Of a stretch of DNA of 64,000 bases, positions 24,560-36,400 are shown piece after piece; position 1 is the first letter of the stretch, and each line of letters starts with the position of its first letter. The stretch is from Takakia lepidozioides (lineage: Eukaryota; Plantae; Bryophyta). The position numbers and the translations under genes are program-made. The stretch spans positions 85,808,001 to 85,872,000 of the forward strand of contig CM060731.1 in assembly GCA_030704615.1 (NCBI GenBank), written 5' to 3'. The notes beneath the pieces were generated by a model that saw only the letters and a list, made by a program, of their open reading frames with translations, searched no databases and was not told where the DNA came from.

Positions 24560-26640
24560 ATTAACACACACCACCATTTCCTATAAAGAAAAAAAAATCC
24601 CAAAAAGGCCAGGCCCACATTCCCAGAGGGCCAGGGCCTTTGCCTCAGCAAGGAAGGGACTTTCAAAATTGATAGACAGAGGCAGATCATCCCTCTGGTA
24701 AGAGAACCCGGGACAATGAACCCAAAATGAGTATTCTCTTCCACACCATGGAAAAATTTAGTGAGACCCAGCGCTTTGCGTTTACCAAATTGAAACACTT
24801 TGGGATATGTGAATCCTAATTAACGTCCATCCTTTGGAACCCAAAACCCAAAACCCAGCACCATAAAGAAAAAAAAAATACCCTACCCCATTACCTTAAG
24901 GAAAAGAAAAGGAAAAAACCCTAAGAACCCCAAAAACCTAAACCAAAAAATAACCCCCTATTTGCCTACCTTACAAGGCTGAGGGAAGGCGTGTCTTTGC
25001 GACGGCAGGGACAGCGTGTCACTGCGACGGGTTTTTTTTTTATTACAACACAGGGGGGTCGCTAGTAAACGCCCCAATTTTAAAAAAAAAGGGCGGGGCG
25101 CCTCTTGCGACGGCCGGGCGTCGCACGCAGCGGCCCCCGCCTTCTTTTTTTGCTAAGTGCCTGAAACACCTCCTCTTTCCCCCCTCTTTTTCGTGCTCAA
25201 GCAGGAGTTAAGAGACTAGGGTTTAGGGTGGAGGAGAAACAAACCTGGTGTGAAGCGCCCGAGCTACTTGCAAGGTCGAGAGGAGAATCGAGGCGCCGCC
25301 CCAAGCGTTGCGACCTCCACCGCCGCGCAGGTAAGCCACGCCTCTCCTTGCTCTTTTGCTTTTCAAAATCGCCCTAAGACCATATCCTCCTAGCTCACCT
25401 CTCTCTCTTTTCTATGGTAGAAGCACCGCACAGAGGCGGGGAGCAAACGAAGGGGCAGAGACGCGGTTTTCGCTGGGGGTGAGAGAGAGAGAGGAGCGGG
25501 GATTTGCTGCGCCAACGTTGGTAGTAACGGCTGAGGGCGGCGACAACGACGACAACAACAACGCTTGGATTGAGGTAAGTTCTCCTTCCTCCCTCCCGGC
25601 CCGTCCTCTCAAGAATGGAGGGACACAGTTGGCAAAACTGTTCCTATGATTCAAAACAGCCCTAATGAATTGGAGTATGATTCAAAGGCTTACAACGCTC
25701 CCATTAGTTCTTATGAGATTGAGGAAGCAATTGAGCATTTAAACGGATATAAAGTTGGTGGTCCTGATGGCAGTGTCAACGAGCTTATGAAGCACAGGGT
25801 GGATAGGTGGTCTATGGCTCCGCCTCTGGTCATGTGAGATCAAGGGAAAGATGTGGAGAGTTGTCCATAACTTGTATATTCACAGCAAAAGTCACTGTTC
25901 ATGGAGAGAGGAGGAGAGAGAGGGAGAGGGAAAAGAGGGGAAAGAGGGAGAGATGCTGCTTAGTCCTCCCCCCCCACCTTTTTTTTTTTTTTCCCCTCAT
26001 CTCTCCCTCTCTCTCCACATCTTGATGGGGTAGAGAGATATGAGGAAAAAGAGGGAGAGACAGGGACAGAGGGGCTGCTGCTCAGTCACTCCCCCACCCA
26101 CCTTTTTTTTTCCCCCTCATCTCTCCCTCTCTCCCTCTCTTTCCACATCCTGATGGGACAGAGGGAGAGATGAGGGAAAAGAGGGAGAGACAGGGACAGA
26201 GGGAGAGATGAGGGAGAAGAGGGAGAGACAGGGACGAGGGAGAGAGGGAGAGATGGAGAGATGAAGGAAAAAAAAGAAAAGAAAAGAAAAGAAAAAATGT
26301 GGGGGGGGAAGTGACTGAGCAGCTGTTGCTGCTCAGTCACTCCCCCACCCCACATTTTTTTTTTTTTTTCCCCGCAACACTCCCTCACTCTCCCTCTCTC
26401 TCCACATCCTGATGGAAAGAGGGAGAGACGAGGGAAAAGAAGAGAAAAAAAGGTGTGGGGGGGGGTGGGGACTGAGCAGCCGCTGAGAGGCAGCGCTCAC
26501 AAGAGCCTAAAACACTCCAGGGATCGGCAGCTCACGGGGTCTGCAGCACGAGCACCATCGCCACCTCCAAGCCGCCATTGCGCGCACTCTCGCAGCGCAA
26601 AAGAAAGAAACTAGGGTTGCACAGGGCCTTACCCTGTCAG
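24560..26640. repeat. Composite repeat: fragments of the intronic LINE family, a gcgacgg-rich element and GA/CT-rich inverted repeats
   Basis: ~24700-24830 (-) encodes KALGLTKFFH and ~25615-25900 (+) encodes EWRDTVGKTVPMIQNSP..., both matching 56921-60482. 24840-25150 is an inverted homolog of ~41840-42530. ctgctcagtcactcccc and ggggaagtgactgagcag form an inverted pair at 26070-26480. Confidence 0.7.
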
Positions 26641-26644
26641 GCTT

Positions 26645-27125
26645 GTCATTCATCCCTTTCTAGGATGAAAAATATCCACCAAAACTTTACACCCAACGGA
26701 CGTTGTCCGTTTCCCATCCAGGGAAGATGAAAAAAATCGGGTGTTCATCCTCTACCTTGAACCCGACGGATGGGGTCCGTTTTCCATCCAGGTCTGATGA
26801 AAAAAATCGGGGCTTTTACATTCTTTTATACCTGTCTTGAACCCGACGGACATAGTTCGTTTCCCATCCAAGGTCGATGAAAAAAATAGGTACTTCATAA
26901 TCATCCATAGGTATTTTGGTCCCGTTGGACAAAGTCCATTTTTCATCCAAGGTGGATGAAAAATGGCGGGTAATTCACAATCATAGTATAGTCCGGATGA
27001 TATCCAGGTAGGTTAGGATGAAAACATCATAGGTATTAAAAGTTTCACTAGGAGAGAAGGATGGATTCTGGATGAAAATCATCCAGGATCTCTGCAACCG
27101 AGATTTTAATTTTTCCAAGATGGAA
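26645..27125. repeat. CATCC/GGATGAAAA-rich subterminal-type repeat of an unclassified DNA transposon
   Basis: More than 10 catcc...ggatgaaaa motifs, with cttgaacccgacgga duplicated at 26756 and 26836. Confidence 0.5.
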
Positions 27126-27429
27126 ATTGGGACAACAATTCCATGAACCCAGTTTTCATAGGGAGGGAGAGGGAGAGAGAGGGAATCCCACCAACCAACC
27201 CCTTGGTATGGCAGGCCCTTACGGAGTGAGTGTGGTATGCACTCACCCCGTAAAGGAGTGCATACCAGACTCCTCTCCAAAAGGGTAATCTCTCCCTGCT
27301 CATTAGCCAATCCTTCGGAAGGTGTACCGTAAAGGATTATCAAGCTATCCCTTATTCAAACCGGGTAACTAGAACAAGCATAATGAAATCAAGCTTTGAA
27401 GTCATTTAGGTTGAGAAAGGTACTACTTA

Positions 27430-28135
27430 CCTTTGAGCATGTTAACCAGATCAGCAATCTGGAAGTGCACACCAGGAAAGGTTCCTTCTTCAAGAAGCCT
27501 TAGTAATATTCGCAACAACTTGTCTGTTTTGAAGCCATTTTTTCCTAAGGTGTCAATCAGAATCCCACACTCTTTCCACGTAGATTTAGCAGGGTTGGAG
27601 TTATGCTCGGGGGTACATGCGTAGCACCTGCAGAGACGTCCATGTCGGATTTGAATGACCGTGTGGAGGACATGGGGACCTCAATGCACTCATCTTCCTC
27701 GTCAGAAATGTCGAATACCTCCACACGAGAAGCTATGGAGGGTCTTGACGGTCCAGGTCGGGAATGATTATCGTTGCATACCTCTCTGTTGGTAATGGCC
27801 GCCTGTCGGTTTTCCGACTCCTTTGTGGATGGTGTGGGTAGCAACTGCTTCGGAAAGGGAATGGGCATTCCCACAGCGCGGTACAAGATGGTGTCTGATG
27901 GGGGTACGTGCCACTCGATTCCGCAACCTCCGTCGTTACCTAGCACGACAATGGTCTCATCAACCTGTCCAGGAACATCCTTCATTTCTTCTTCCAAATA
28001 AACTGTGCCCGGTTTGAGCTTGAATTTGGAACAAAGGTAAGTTTCAGTCACTCTGCAAAGTCCTCCCTCGTTTGGGATCCTGGCTCTCCCAAGTTGCGGA
28101 GGACAACAAACTATAGCGTAGGAATTGGGAGCCAT
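27430..28135 (-). pseudogene. Unknown protein, paralog Y1
   Basis: ATG at 28135 gives MAPNSYAIV...LCSKFKLKPGTVYLEEE...WHVPPSDTILYRAVG. It aligns nearly ungapped to 32358-32681. The frame is broken at the 3' end, with a gtaagt donor near 27430. Confidence 0.5.
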
Positions 28136-28584
28136 CGAACACCGCACGAAGTTGGCAAGTGCGAGGTTCCCTATAGCGACAGACCAGGGCTTACAGGCAC
28201 CACGTAATTGGAACTGCGGAGGCCATCGACGATTGGAAGTCGCACATTGAAGTGGAGAAGAATGTTTCAAGATACATGCATGAAGGTAGGAGCTCCGACT
28301 CCATATCCTGTATGTATGACAATGATGGCCATTTCGGCGAGGAAATAACATCTCTTGACAATTTTTCCTAAGGGTGGATCCTGCAATATTCTCGATAGGC
28401 ATGAATGTTTGCACTGACAAGTGCCAGGACTGTTAGTTAAAACGGTTAGACAACCAAGTTTGTGCTCATGTAGAGACAGGCCGCAATTGTGTTGTTCCGG
28501 AACAATGCATCCTAATGCACATGACGGAACGGAAATGCAGTGTGCACATTCCATTCGACATCGTCCTATCGCTGATTGTGATCG

Positions 28585-28794
28585 GATATGCGGCACCGCA
28601 TTTCCATCAACGGGGAAACCAAACTACCGCATTTCCGTCCACTGTACCAGTAGGCACATGGTGGAACGGAAATGCGGTATCGCATTTCGGTCGAATGGGA
28701 CAAGGAAGATATGGTGGAACAAAAAAGCGACACCGCATTTCCGTCGACTTGGACACCTTCGATAGGCAGGAACGGAAATGCGGTGCCGCATTTC
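28585..28794. promoter_or_regulatory. Second cluster of the GAAATGCGG-NN-CCGCATTTC palindrome (putative protein-binding sites)
   Basis: Copies at 28585, 28669, 28722 (degenerate) and 28775, plus a half-site at ~28626. The regulatory role is inferred. Confidence 0.55.
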
Positions 28795-28831
28795 CGTCCG
28801 GGCTCTTTCTTTGGAATGCAGAGGACGGAAA

Positions 28832-31703
28832 CACTAGAAGCATTCGTGTCTTTTCCGAATCGACTGGGTGTCCGCCAACCACTCCTGGAACCACTTGGCA
28901 GTAAGCGGGACTACTGGAGAGTCGAAATGGACAATGTGGGCCCACGGGGACATTTCAGACGGCGGGCAGAAGTGGGGTCAACGACTCCGGAGTCGTAGCA
29001 AAAATCCGGGCTATTTAATTAATTGCGTAAATACATAAATTTTGAAAAAACGGAAATTACAAATTAAAAAGTGGTTCTAATTACTACACATGCGACTAGA
29101 AATTTTTCATTCATAATTTTGATTAATGGAATAAAGATATTTATTCATTAAAGTGAATATGTAGTCGACTCAACGACTCCATGAACCACTGCACATTGAT
29201 TGCACCCATGATTCGGGGCCACATTTGCTGACGTGTGTTTCACAAAAACAGGTAAAGAAAATGTGGCCTTGGGGAATATATATTTTAATATGTATTGCCT
29301 CCACCTGGAAGTGACATGGAAGGTCCATGGTGACGTCGTGAAAGCTGGAATTGTAGGGTTTGTCGTTCTGAACACCGCCCTGGTGGACATGTATGCGGAA
29401 TGCGGTCGCATTGAAGATGCGAAGGTAGTGTTCGACTGTGGCTCAACGAGATGTGGTGTCGTGGAGTGCGATGATCACATTGGCAACAAGGCAAGGATGT
29501 ATGCATGATTGTGCAGAGGCAGTGATAGCTGAAGGAGCAGGATAGAGTGTGGGTCCATATTCATCCAAGAGGGTCGGATTTCAAGCTCCAGATTACCTAT
29601 GGATCCCTGTGAAGGATAGCTACAAGAAACCTCCAGGGGTAGATGGTCAGCTGGAAGCGGCAGCTGTAGCGGCACAGTTGATAAAATCAGGCATCTCAAC
29701 CATGACCACAGCTTCTGGAAGAGGATCAAGCGAGGGAGTCCACAATGCCTCTTCTGACACTTATGGGCATGTGAAGATGCTTTATGAGGCAGGCAGACTG
29801 AAAGAGGCTCTACAAACTTTAAACCAAAGAGGCATTTCAGCAAATGTAGATACGCATGTGTGTCTCTTGCATAAGTGCATCAAGATGAAAGGCCTAGAAG
29901 TTGGAAAGCAGGTGCACACTCACATTGTCCAAAGTGGATTCACGCCTAGCATTTTTCTACTCAACAACCTTGTCAACATGTATGTTAAGGGGAGCATCAT
30001 GGATGATCACCAAATGTTCAACACAGAATGCCTCAACGATCTTTGATCACGTGGAATATAATGTTGGCAGGATTACCAAGCATGGGCGTGGTACGAATGC
30101 TTTGGAGACTTGTGAGCAAATGATGCGCGAAGGGGTGCAGCCAACCACATTGCATTTGTATGTGTTTGCAATGCGTGTGCAAGCTTGGAAAAGGGGAACG
30201 AGGTCCATGGTGACATCGGTCAAAGCTGGAATTTGGAATTGCCGGATGTCATCCTGAACACTGCCCTGACCTAGACATGTATGCCAAATGTGGATGCATT
30301 GAGGATGCAAAGGGTGTTTTCGACACTATGGCGATGGAAAAAATGGGTCGCAAAGTTGAGCATCTAGTTGAACTAGTTGGACTAGTTCTCTCACAATGCC
30401 ACTGGATAGGCCATCCAGAATTCTTGATGAAGCCAGTTTGGCAATTCGCAGAGAGAACACATATATTGGCGGCCAGCTTCAACCTTTCATTTGTAATATC
30501 TTCCATTATTTGACCGGCCAACCTGTGATGACGACAATGCTGCCCATATCCTAACAACATTGCATTCGAAAAGAATTCCCAAAATCAAGATCATGAGGGG
30601 AAATGTGAAGTTTCCTCTGGGACCTTCCACATAGAATGAAGGGATTGATAGTGAAATAAGGACAAAAAGGGGGAGGAAGATGCAGGTTTCGAGTGGGATT
30701 TCGCATCGGGCCTGTAGCTTCATGATGGTGATTGGTTATAACTGCTAATGGAAGAGATGTAGACTTGGCAGCAGATATTTAAACGTTTCGATTATAACTT
30801 ACCAATCTGACACCAGATAACCTTTGTCCATCCTATCGAACTCTCTATTCGAATTCGCATCGTCGATGCTTCCATATATGTCCATGAAGGTAGCATTCCG
30901 AATTTCTTCAAGTAGATGTAGTTCTCGCCTGTGATATGATCACCATGCTATCCTGCAATCATCGCATTTGAAGACACGACTCGTCGTTCAGCCATACTGT
31001 CGCACATTCCCTCTCTGCAAACTCCACATTCCAAACGGCATCCTCTGCAGACTCTCACTTTACAGACTCAATGAAGAATGCGACTTAGTGCTCTACGGTA
31101 ACTACAAAATGCTTGAGCTATATCAAACCAATAGGAAACTAACACATGTACTAAGCTGATAGGATTTCGGCAAACATGGATGGATGAGCTCATCCAATGG
31201 ATGGATCCATTCATGTATATGTCTTCAAAATGACATGTGTACTAATAAAGTCATATAAATCCCTTTAAAATGCCACGTGTAGTGATGTAGTCATATATAT
31301 AGAGTCTTGAATCAATCCGCAGTCAGACAGTCATAAGTTTACATGCCATGTCATGCTGTGGATGAACTCGTCCAATGGATGAATACATTCGTGTATTTGC
31401 CTTCAAAATGACACGTGTAGCGATGTAGTCATATAATTAGAGCTGTGAAACCATCTCCAGTCATGGAGTCATAAGATTCCATGAAACGTCGTCCACGTGT
31501 AGTCAAACATATCACACTAGTCATATTAACCATCCCTGTCATCGTGGTCAACAATGTTTGACCAAAGCTCCCTAACTTTCCGGAGTCATGTAGTGATACA
31601 ACTATGACTGCAACGCATTTCAGCGCTCTATAGTCATCTACCTAGTGCAGTTTTTATGACTCCACCAAAGCCGTAGTCCTAAAAACGCTCATCTCTTGTG
31701 GTG
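28832..31703. mobile_element. CACTA-bounded segment carrying PPR fragments (Pack-CACTA-like, probably chimeric)
   Basis: Left end CACTAGAAGCATTCG. Right end ...ctcttgtggtg with tagtca repeats (31180-31703). The two ends differ and no 3-bp TSD is present. Confidence 0.55.
29310..30330 (+). pseudogene. PLS-class PPR gene fragments
   Basis: VHGDVVKAG..LNTALVDMYAECGRIEDAKVVFD; GRLKEAL...LEVGKQVHTHIVQSGFTPSIFLLNNLVNMY; MYAKCGCIEDAKGVFD. Frameshifted and out of order. Confidence 0.85.
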
Positions 31704-32357
31704 GATCTGCTAGGCTGCGAGACATCGTGCGATGAGTACCAGCCGGGGCATTGCTCTCGGTGGTTATTCATGTATTCATGACATACGTATCCACCTCCCA
31801 ACGGCACACTCGTCCATTCTGCAGTGGCCACCGTCTTCAATTTATTGAGGTGTGGCCATTTGATAGATTTGTTTCGGATGGATGTGTTATTGGACTAGAA
31901 TTTTTGGATTCTCCCGGTTCAACATCTTTCATTGGTTCTCCGCCGAATTCTCTACAACCCTGCACTGAATGCGTTGTCGGGTTCCACGTGCCTCAACAAA
32001 TTGGGATGACATGGGATCTCGGTCTCCGCCGCCTTTTCATATGGGTCGGTAAAGGCACATAACTGCTTACCAACTGTTTGAAGAATTGTTTTGACACTGT
32101 TTCTGAAAGGCTCTTTAACGGTCTGTCAGCTTTTCAAGTAGGTTTTGGTTGACCCTTCTACAACGGTTTAGGACATACATAACGTCTTCGGGATGGCCGT
32201 CCTCGTTAGTAAAGGTGATGGCCTTGTAGGTATCGGTCCGAAATGCAAGGCCGGAGAAATGTAATCCCAACTGTCGTTTGTAACAAAAATCCGCACAAAA
32301 GTCGTGGGCCTCCGCACTTTGAGGCTTCGCCTGGCTCGGAATTGTTCCTGCACCAGC

Positions 32358-32681
32358 ATGGGTTCCTCCAAAGTGGAGTTTTACTCTGTCGAGAAACTTG
32401 TCCATTTCTCGAAGGATGCCGATGACAATGGTTTTGCAATTGCGGAAGAGCATCTCCTAGCAACGCGTTTCGAGTACCAGTTTGGCACTGTTTGGCTCGA
32501 AAGAGAGGTTTACAGTGTCAACGGGAAGTTGATGAAGTACGCATTCCAAAAACCGGATGAAACTGCACTTACGAGTCAATGGAGAGTTCCTCCTGGAAGA
32601 TACAGGGTTCTTGGAGCTCCTCGGTGGAGCGGTTTTTACTCACCCATCCCTTCGCTATCCGAGGTGGGAACTCCAAGATAG
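32358..32681 (+). CDS. Unknown protein, paralog Y2 (probably truncated by the adjacent LTR)
   Basis: MGSSKVEF...LLATRFEYQFGTVWLERE...WRVPPGRYRVLGAP, homologous to Y1. Confidence 0.5.
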   Translation: MGSSKVEFYSVEKLVHFSKDADDNGFAIAEEHLLATRFEYQFGTVWLEREVYSVNGKLMKYAFQKPDETALTSQWRVPPGRYRVLGAPRWSGFYSPIPSLSEVGTPR

Positions 32682-32686
32682 AGGAG

Positions 32687-33492
32687 TTGGATATCTCTAA
32701 ACACTCAGCCCGCTCAGAACAATCAGTCATGACCTACAACTAGTGTATCATGGAAGTGCTTCCTGTTTGTATTCCTTCTAGCCTTCATGTCAGCAAGTCA
32801 CCTTACTGTTTATATTTAAGTATCAGATTGCTTCAACAATCTACCAGGTTCCAATCACTCATCCATACATTCCACAGCTTCACTCAGTTCTCTCTACACA
32901 GTGTGAGTATGGAATGTGTATCAGATTTAAATCTATCAAGTATCAGGCTGAAGCCATGGTGTCCCTAGTCTGCTCTACAGTAATTCTACAGCTTGTATGA
33001 ATCAAGCATCAACAGTTCGTGTCTCCTCCTTCACTGCGCTCTCCATTCCTCAGCTCTCGATTGTCCTCTCTCCCTGAAGGCCAAGTCGTGATGCAAGAAG
33101 TGTCATCTTCCCATTGCTACTCTGCCTAATCTACCTGCAAGCTGTTCTAACTACCTAACTAACTAACTGTCATCCAGACAGAATACACGTTCCCTCTGCC
33201 GATGTCGTTCCCACACAGTCATACCCTGCCATGGTAACCGTTCCCTACGAATGCTATGACGGGCTGTGACTGGCTGTGTAAAGCTGTGTCGGGCTGTGGC
33301 TAACTGTGTCGAGCTGTGTCAAGTTGTGATAAACTGTGATAGGCTGTGTAAGACTATGACTGACTGTGTAAGCATATCTACCAGTCCTAAGGCCTGTGTT
33401 GGTCTAAATCTACCATCCGTAAGTCTACGCAAAAAAAAAGGGTACCCCACAGAACCCATAAAACTGTCTAAGTCCCAGACAGCCCTCTAACA
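32687..33492 (-). mobile_element. 3' LTR of the Gypsy element (distal end uncertain)
   Basis: On the minus strand, polypurine tract gagagggggaggggtaa (33509-33493) is immediately followed by TGTTAGAGGG. Confidence 0.65.
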
Positions 33493-36400
33493 TTACCCCT
33501 CCCCCTCTCGGTAATGTGCGCCAAACATATATTTAATAACACACGTTACTGCCACGGTGCAACGTAACGAGATTTGAACACCACACCTTTAGGATCAGCA
33601 AACCTCTGTGAACGAGCACCCTTCTGTCGGTGAGAGTCCCTTGGAGGGCTCTGTGTACAAGCCCGAGCCCTGTCACTGGCTGGTGGAGATGACTGGTCAC
33701 CAAATGGAAATGTCTGACCTTCCTGTGGTTGATAAGGAGGTAACTTCTCCGCCATCTGTAGTGCATAGTCCTCCGCCATGTCAAAAGGTTCCTCCATAGA
33801 ACCAGTTGTATCCGAATCATCGTCCCCCTCTGTTGCCTTTCGGTGCTCTGATCTTATGGGGCTTATCGGGAATCCTGCATGGCACACAATGTTTGCCCAC
33901 CATGTCTGGAAGCTTAAACTTTAGAACTTGCATCAATCTCTTGCGAGCAAAATTAGTATACTCCCGGAGCTCCTTGTCCGTATAGGTGAGAGGTGTGCCA
34001 ATGACCTTAGAATAGTGTAAGTATTTCCAGGCTTCATGTCCCTTATAAAAAATATCGTCAAAGCCAAATTTTTCTTTGGCCAAATTGTCCAAAGCAAAAT
34101 GGAACCAAGAACGAAGCTACGGATCCTTCTGCAGCATGACCTTCACATCATACAGATACGTATGGGGTGGAACTAAAGGTAAGATCCAATGATCCCCAGT
34201 GGAATAACTTTGAAATCTGGACTGCATCTTCTGTTGCTCAATGTGATAACGTGCAATAAATAAGCAGTATAGTATAATCCACAACCCATGACCAAACTAG
34301 GCACCTCCTTGGTCTTGGTGTAGATGTACCCATGAATAATCTGGAAGGCAATTAATTCCTTCAGCATGGTGCCTGCCTCAGACCAGTACCTCGCAAAATG
34401 GTGATCCTCAATGGGTCGGTTATTCGGAAGAACCTTATTCCGAGTTGCCACCGGCAACCAAATGCGCATGATCTGGTAATAGTGTGCCAAAGACTCTGAA
34501 GGACTGAATTCCTTCCATGCCAAATCCATCACAATGGGAATTTGGTTGAAGGGCATAATCATAGCCTGATTGTACTCAAGTGCAGCATGAGTCCTAGGTG
34601 GGTTAAAAGAAGCATCCCCCCAAACCTCAAATTGTTGCAGGGCCATGGTATCAACAGTGCCGACCTGCTGTGGTTGCTGTGATATGGCCGCCACTGTCCT
34701 TCCTATTGTTGGCAAGACCTGCACCTCCTGTGATGAAGATTGGAAAATCAAAGTCCGCGCATGCAAATAAGCAGCCACCAGCTGCTCCTCAGGGACAAAG
34801 GCTCTTTTGTCAATGTTGGAGCTCAAGTCATTCACTTGAGTCTGTAGCCCTTCCACATCATCCTGCAACTCAGCTATTCTAGTATAGACATTGTCTATAG
34901 TGGTTGTGGCAATGTTTTGCACCTGCAGCCTGAGATCATTCATCTCCTCCTGGGTGAGCTTTCTTGGTGCCTTCCCTTCCACCGGCCCTTGTGTTAACTA
35001 CTCTTGCAAAAGGTAATTATCCACCAAGTCCCGTGTAGCACCCCGAAGAGCCTGCTCCTCCTTGAGTCTGTACATGTCTAACTGGTGCTGTAAAGCCTCC
35101 ATGCGCTTCGCATGAGGTTCAACCAGGGCGGCATAGGCAGCAGTCAGATTATTGGCTTCCTTCCAAGCCTTGGTAATCACAGAAAGCTCATTCTTTCGTG
35201 ATGTAAGTGTTTGCTGCAACCAGGATGTACCTGTCATTCTCAGCCTCAATCCGACTGTACTGTTGAAAGGTATCCTCATTGCGATGGATAGTAGCGTTCA
35301 AGTCAACAATGAGTTTTGCCTGCTAGACTGACTCAGCCTCCAGCCTTCTAAAGCAGTTTGCTCCAGAGCAGTTGTTAGTGTGGCACATTGGATGGTCATT
35401 TTCTAATGTACTGCCTCCAACTCTGTATGAAGCAACTTCACTTCCTGCAATTTACCCTCATGCTTCACTTACAACTGGTATAACTGTTGCTTGTGCACTT
35501 CATGCAACTGCTCTAATTTCTTGTTCTTGTTTCTTGGAGGGAACCACTGCATGATTCAGATGAAGAGGAAGGATCAGTTTGATGAAGGTAAATTGAAGAC
35601 TTTTAAGACGGGTGACTTGGTACTGTGGTTGCAGAAGAAGGGAAAGATTAAAGTTTCTAAGCTTAAGTCGCCATGGAAAGGACCTTATGTCATACAGAAG
35701 TTGTATGATAACAACACAGCCATGTTACAAACCATTAACAAAGAGATGCTTGGAAGAGTCAATGCCAATAAGTTGGAGGGATACAGTGGTATCCATGACA
35801 AACCATTGCAACATGATTTGCATCTTGAAACATAGATGTCATCACAGCATCACAGCCCACCACAGTTTAAACACAGCACAACACAGCCCACCACAGTTTA
35901 ACACAGCATATCACAGCCCACCACAGTGTAACACAGCCTATCCTAGCTCACCACAGTTTGACACAGTTTGACACAGCCCAACACGGCCCACGCGGGTTGC
36001 ACAGTCCATAGGGTCAGTAACAAATGGACGCGGGTTAATGTCAGAAAAGTGGCCGGTAAGTGTAAGGTCAGCTTGTCTGCCGCATCCGCACGTACTTCCT
36101 CCACATGATATAATTCATGTTTCCTGACTTTAATTGAATCCTCCAATTCCATTATTCTTCCCCATTCCGTTCTCATAGTAGGTAATAAGAATTCTACTGG
36201 AAGTAAAGCTTCCATACCATAAACTAATTGGAATGGTGTAACCCTCACTGGCATGTAGTATTTCATGTATACTGTGATGCCTCAGGAGAAGCATTGGGAG
36301 CTGTGTTAGCCCAAAATGTCACAGGAAACATAGATTCACCTGTGTACTATGCTAGCAAGTTGTTGAACAGTGCTGAAAGGAACTATAGCACAACTGAAAG

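Noticed and set aside
3765-28850. One 25-kb CACTA bounded by the identical 19-bp TIRs
   Set aside because: The TIRs point away from each other (right end at 3783, left end at 28832), so they do not enclose the interval.
32115-32453. Minus-strand 112-aa ORF overlapping Y2
   Set aside because: No motif or internal homolog supports it, whereas the plus-strand ORF is supported by Y1. Left uncalled.
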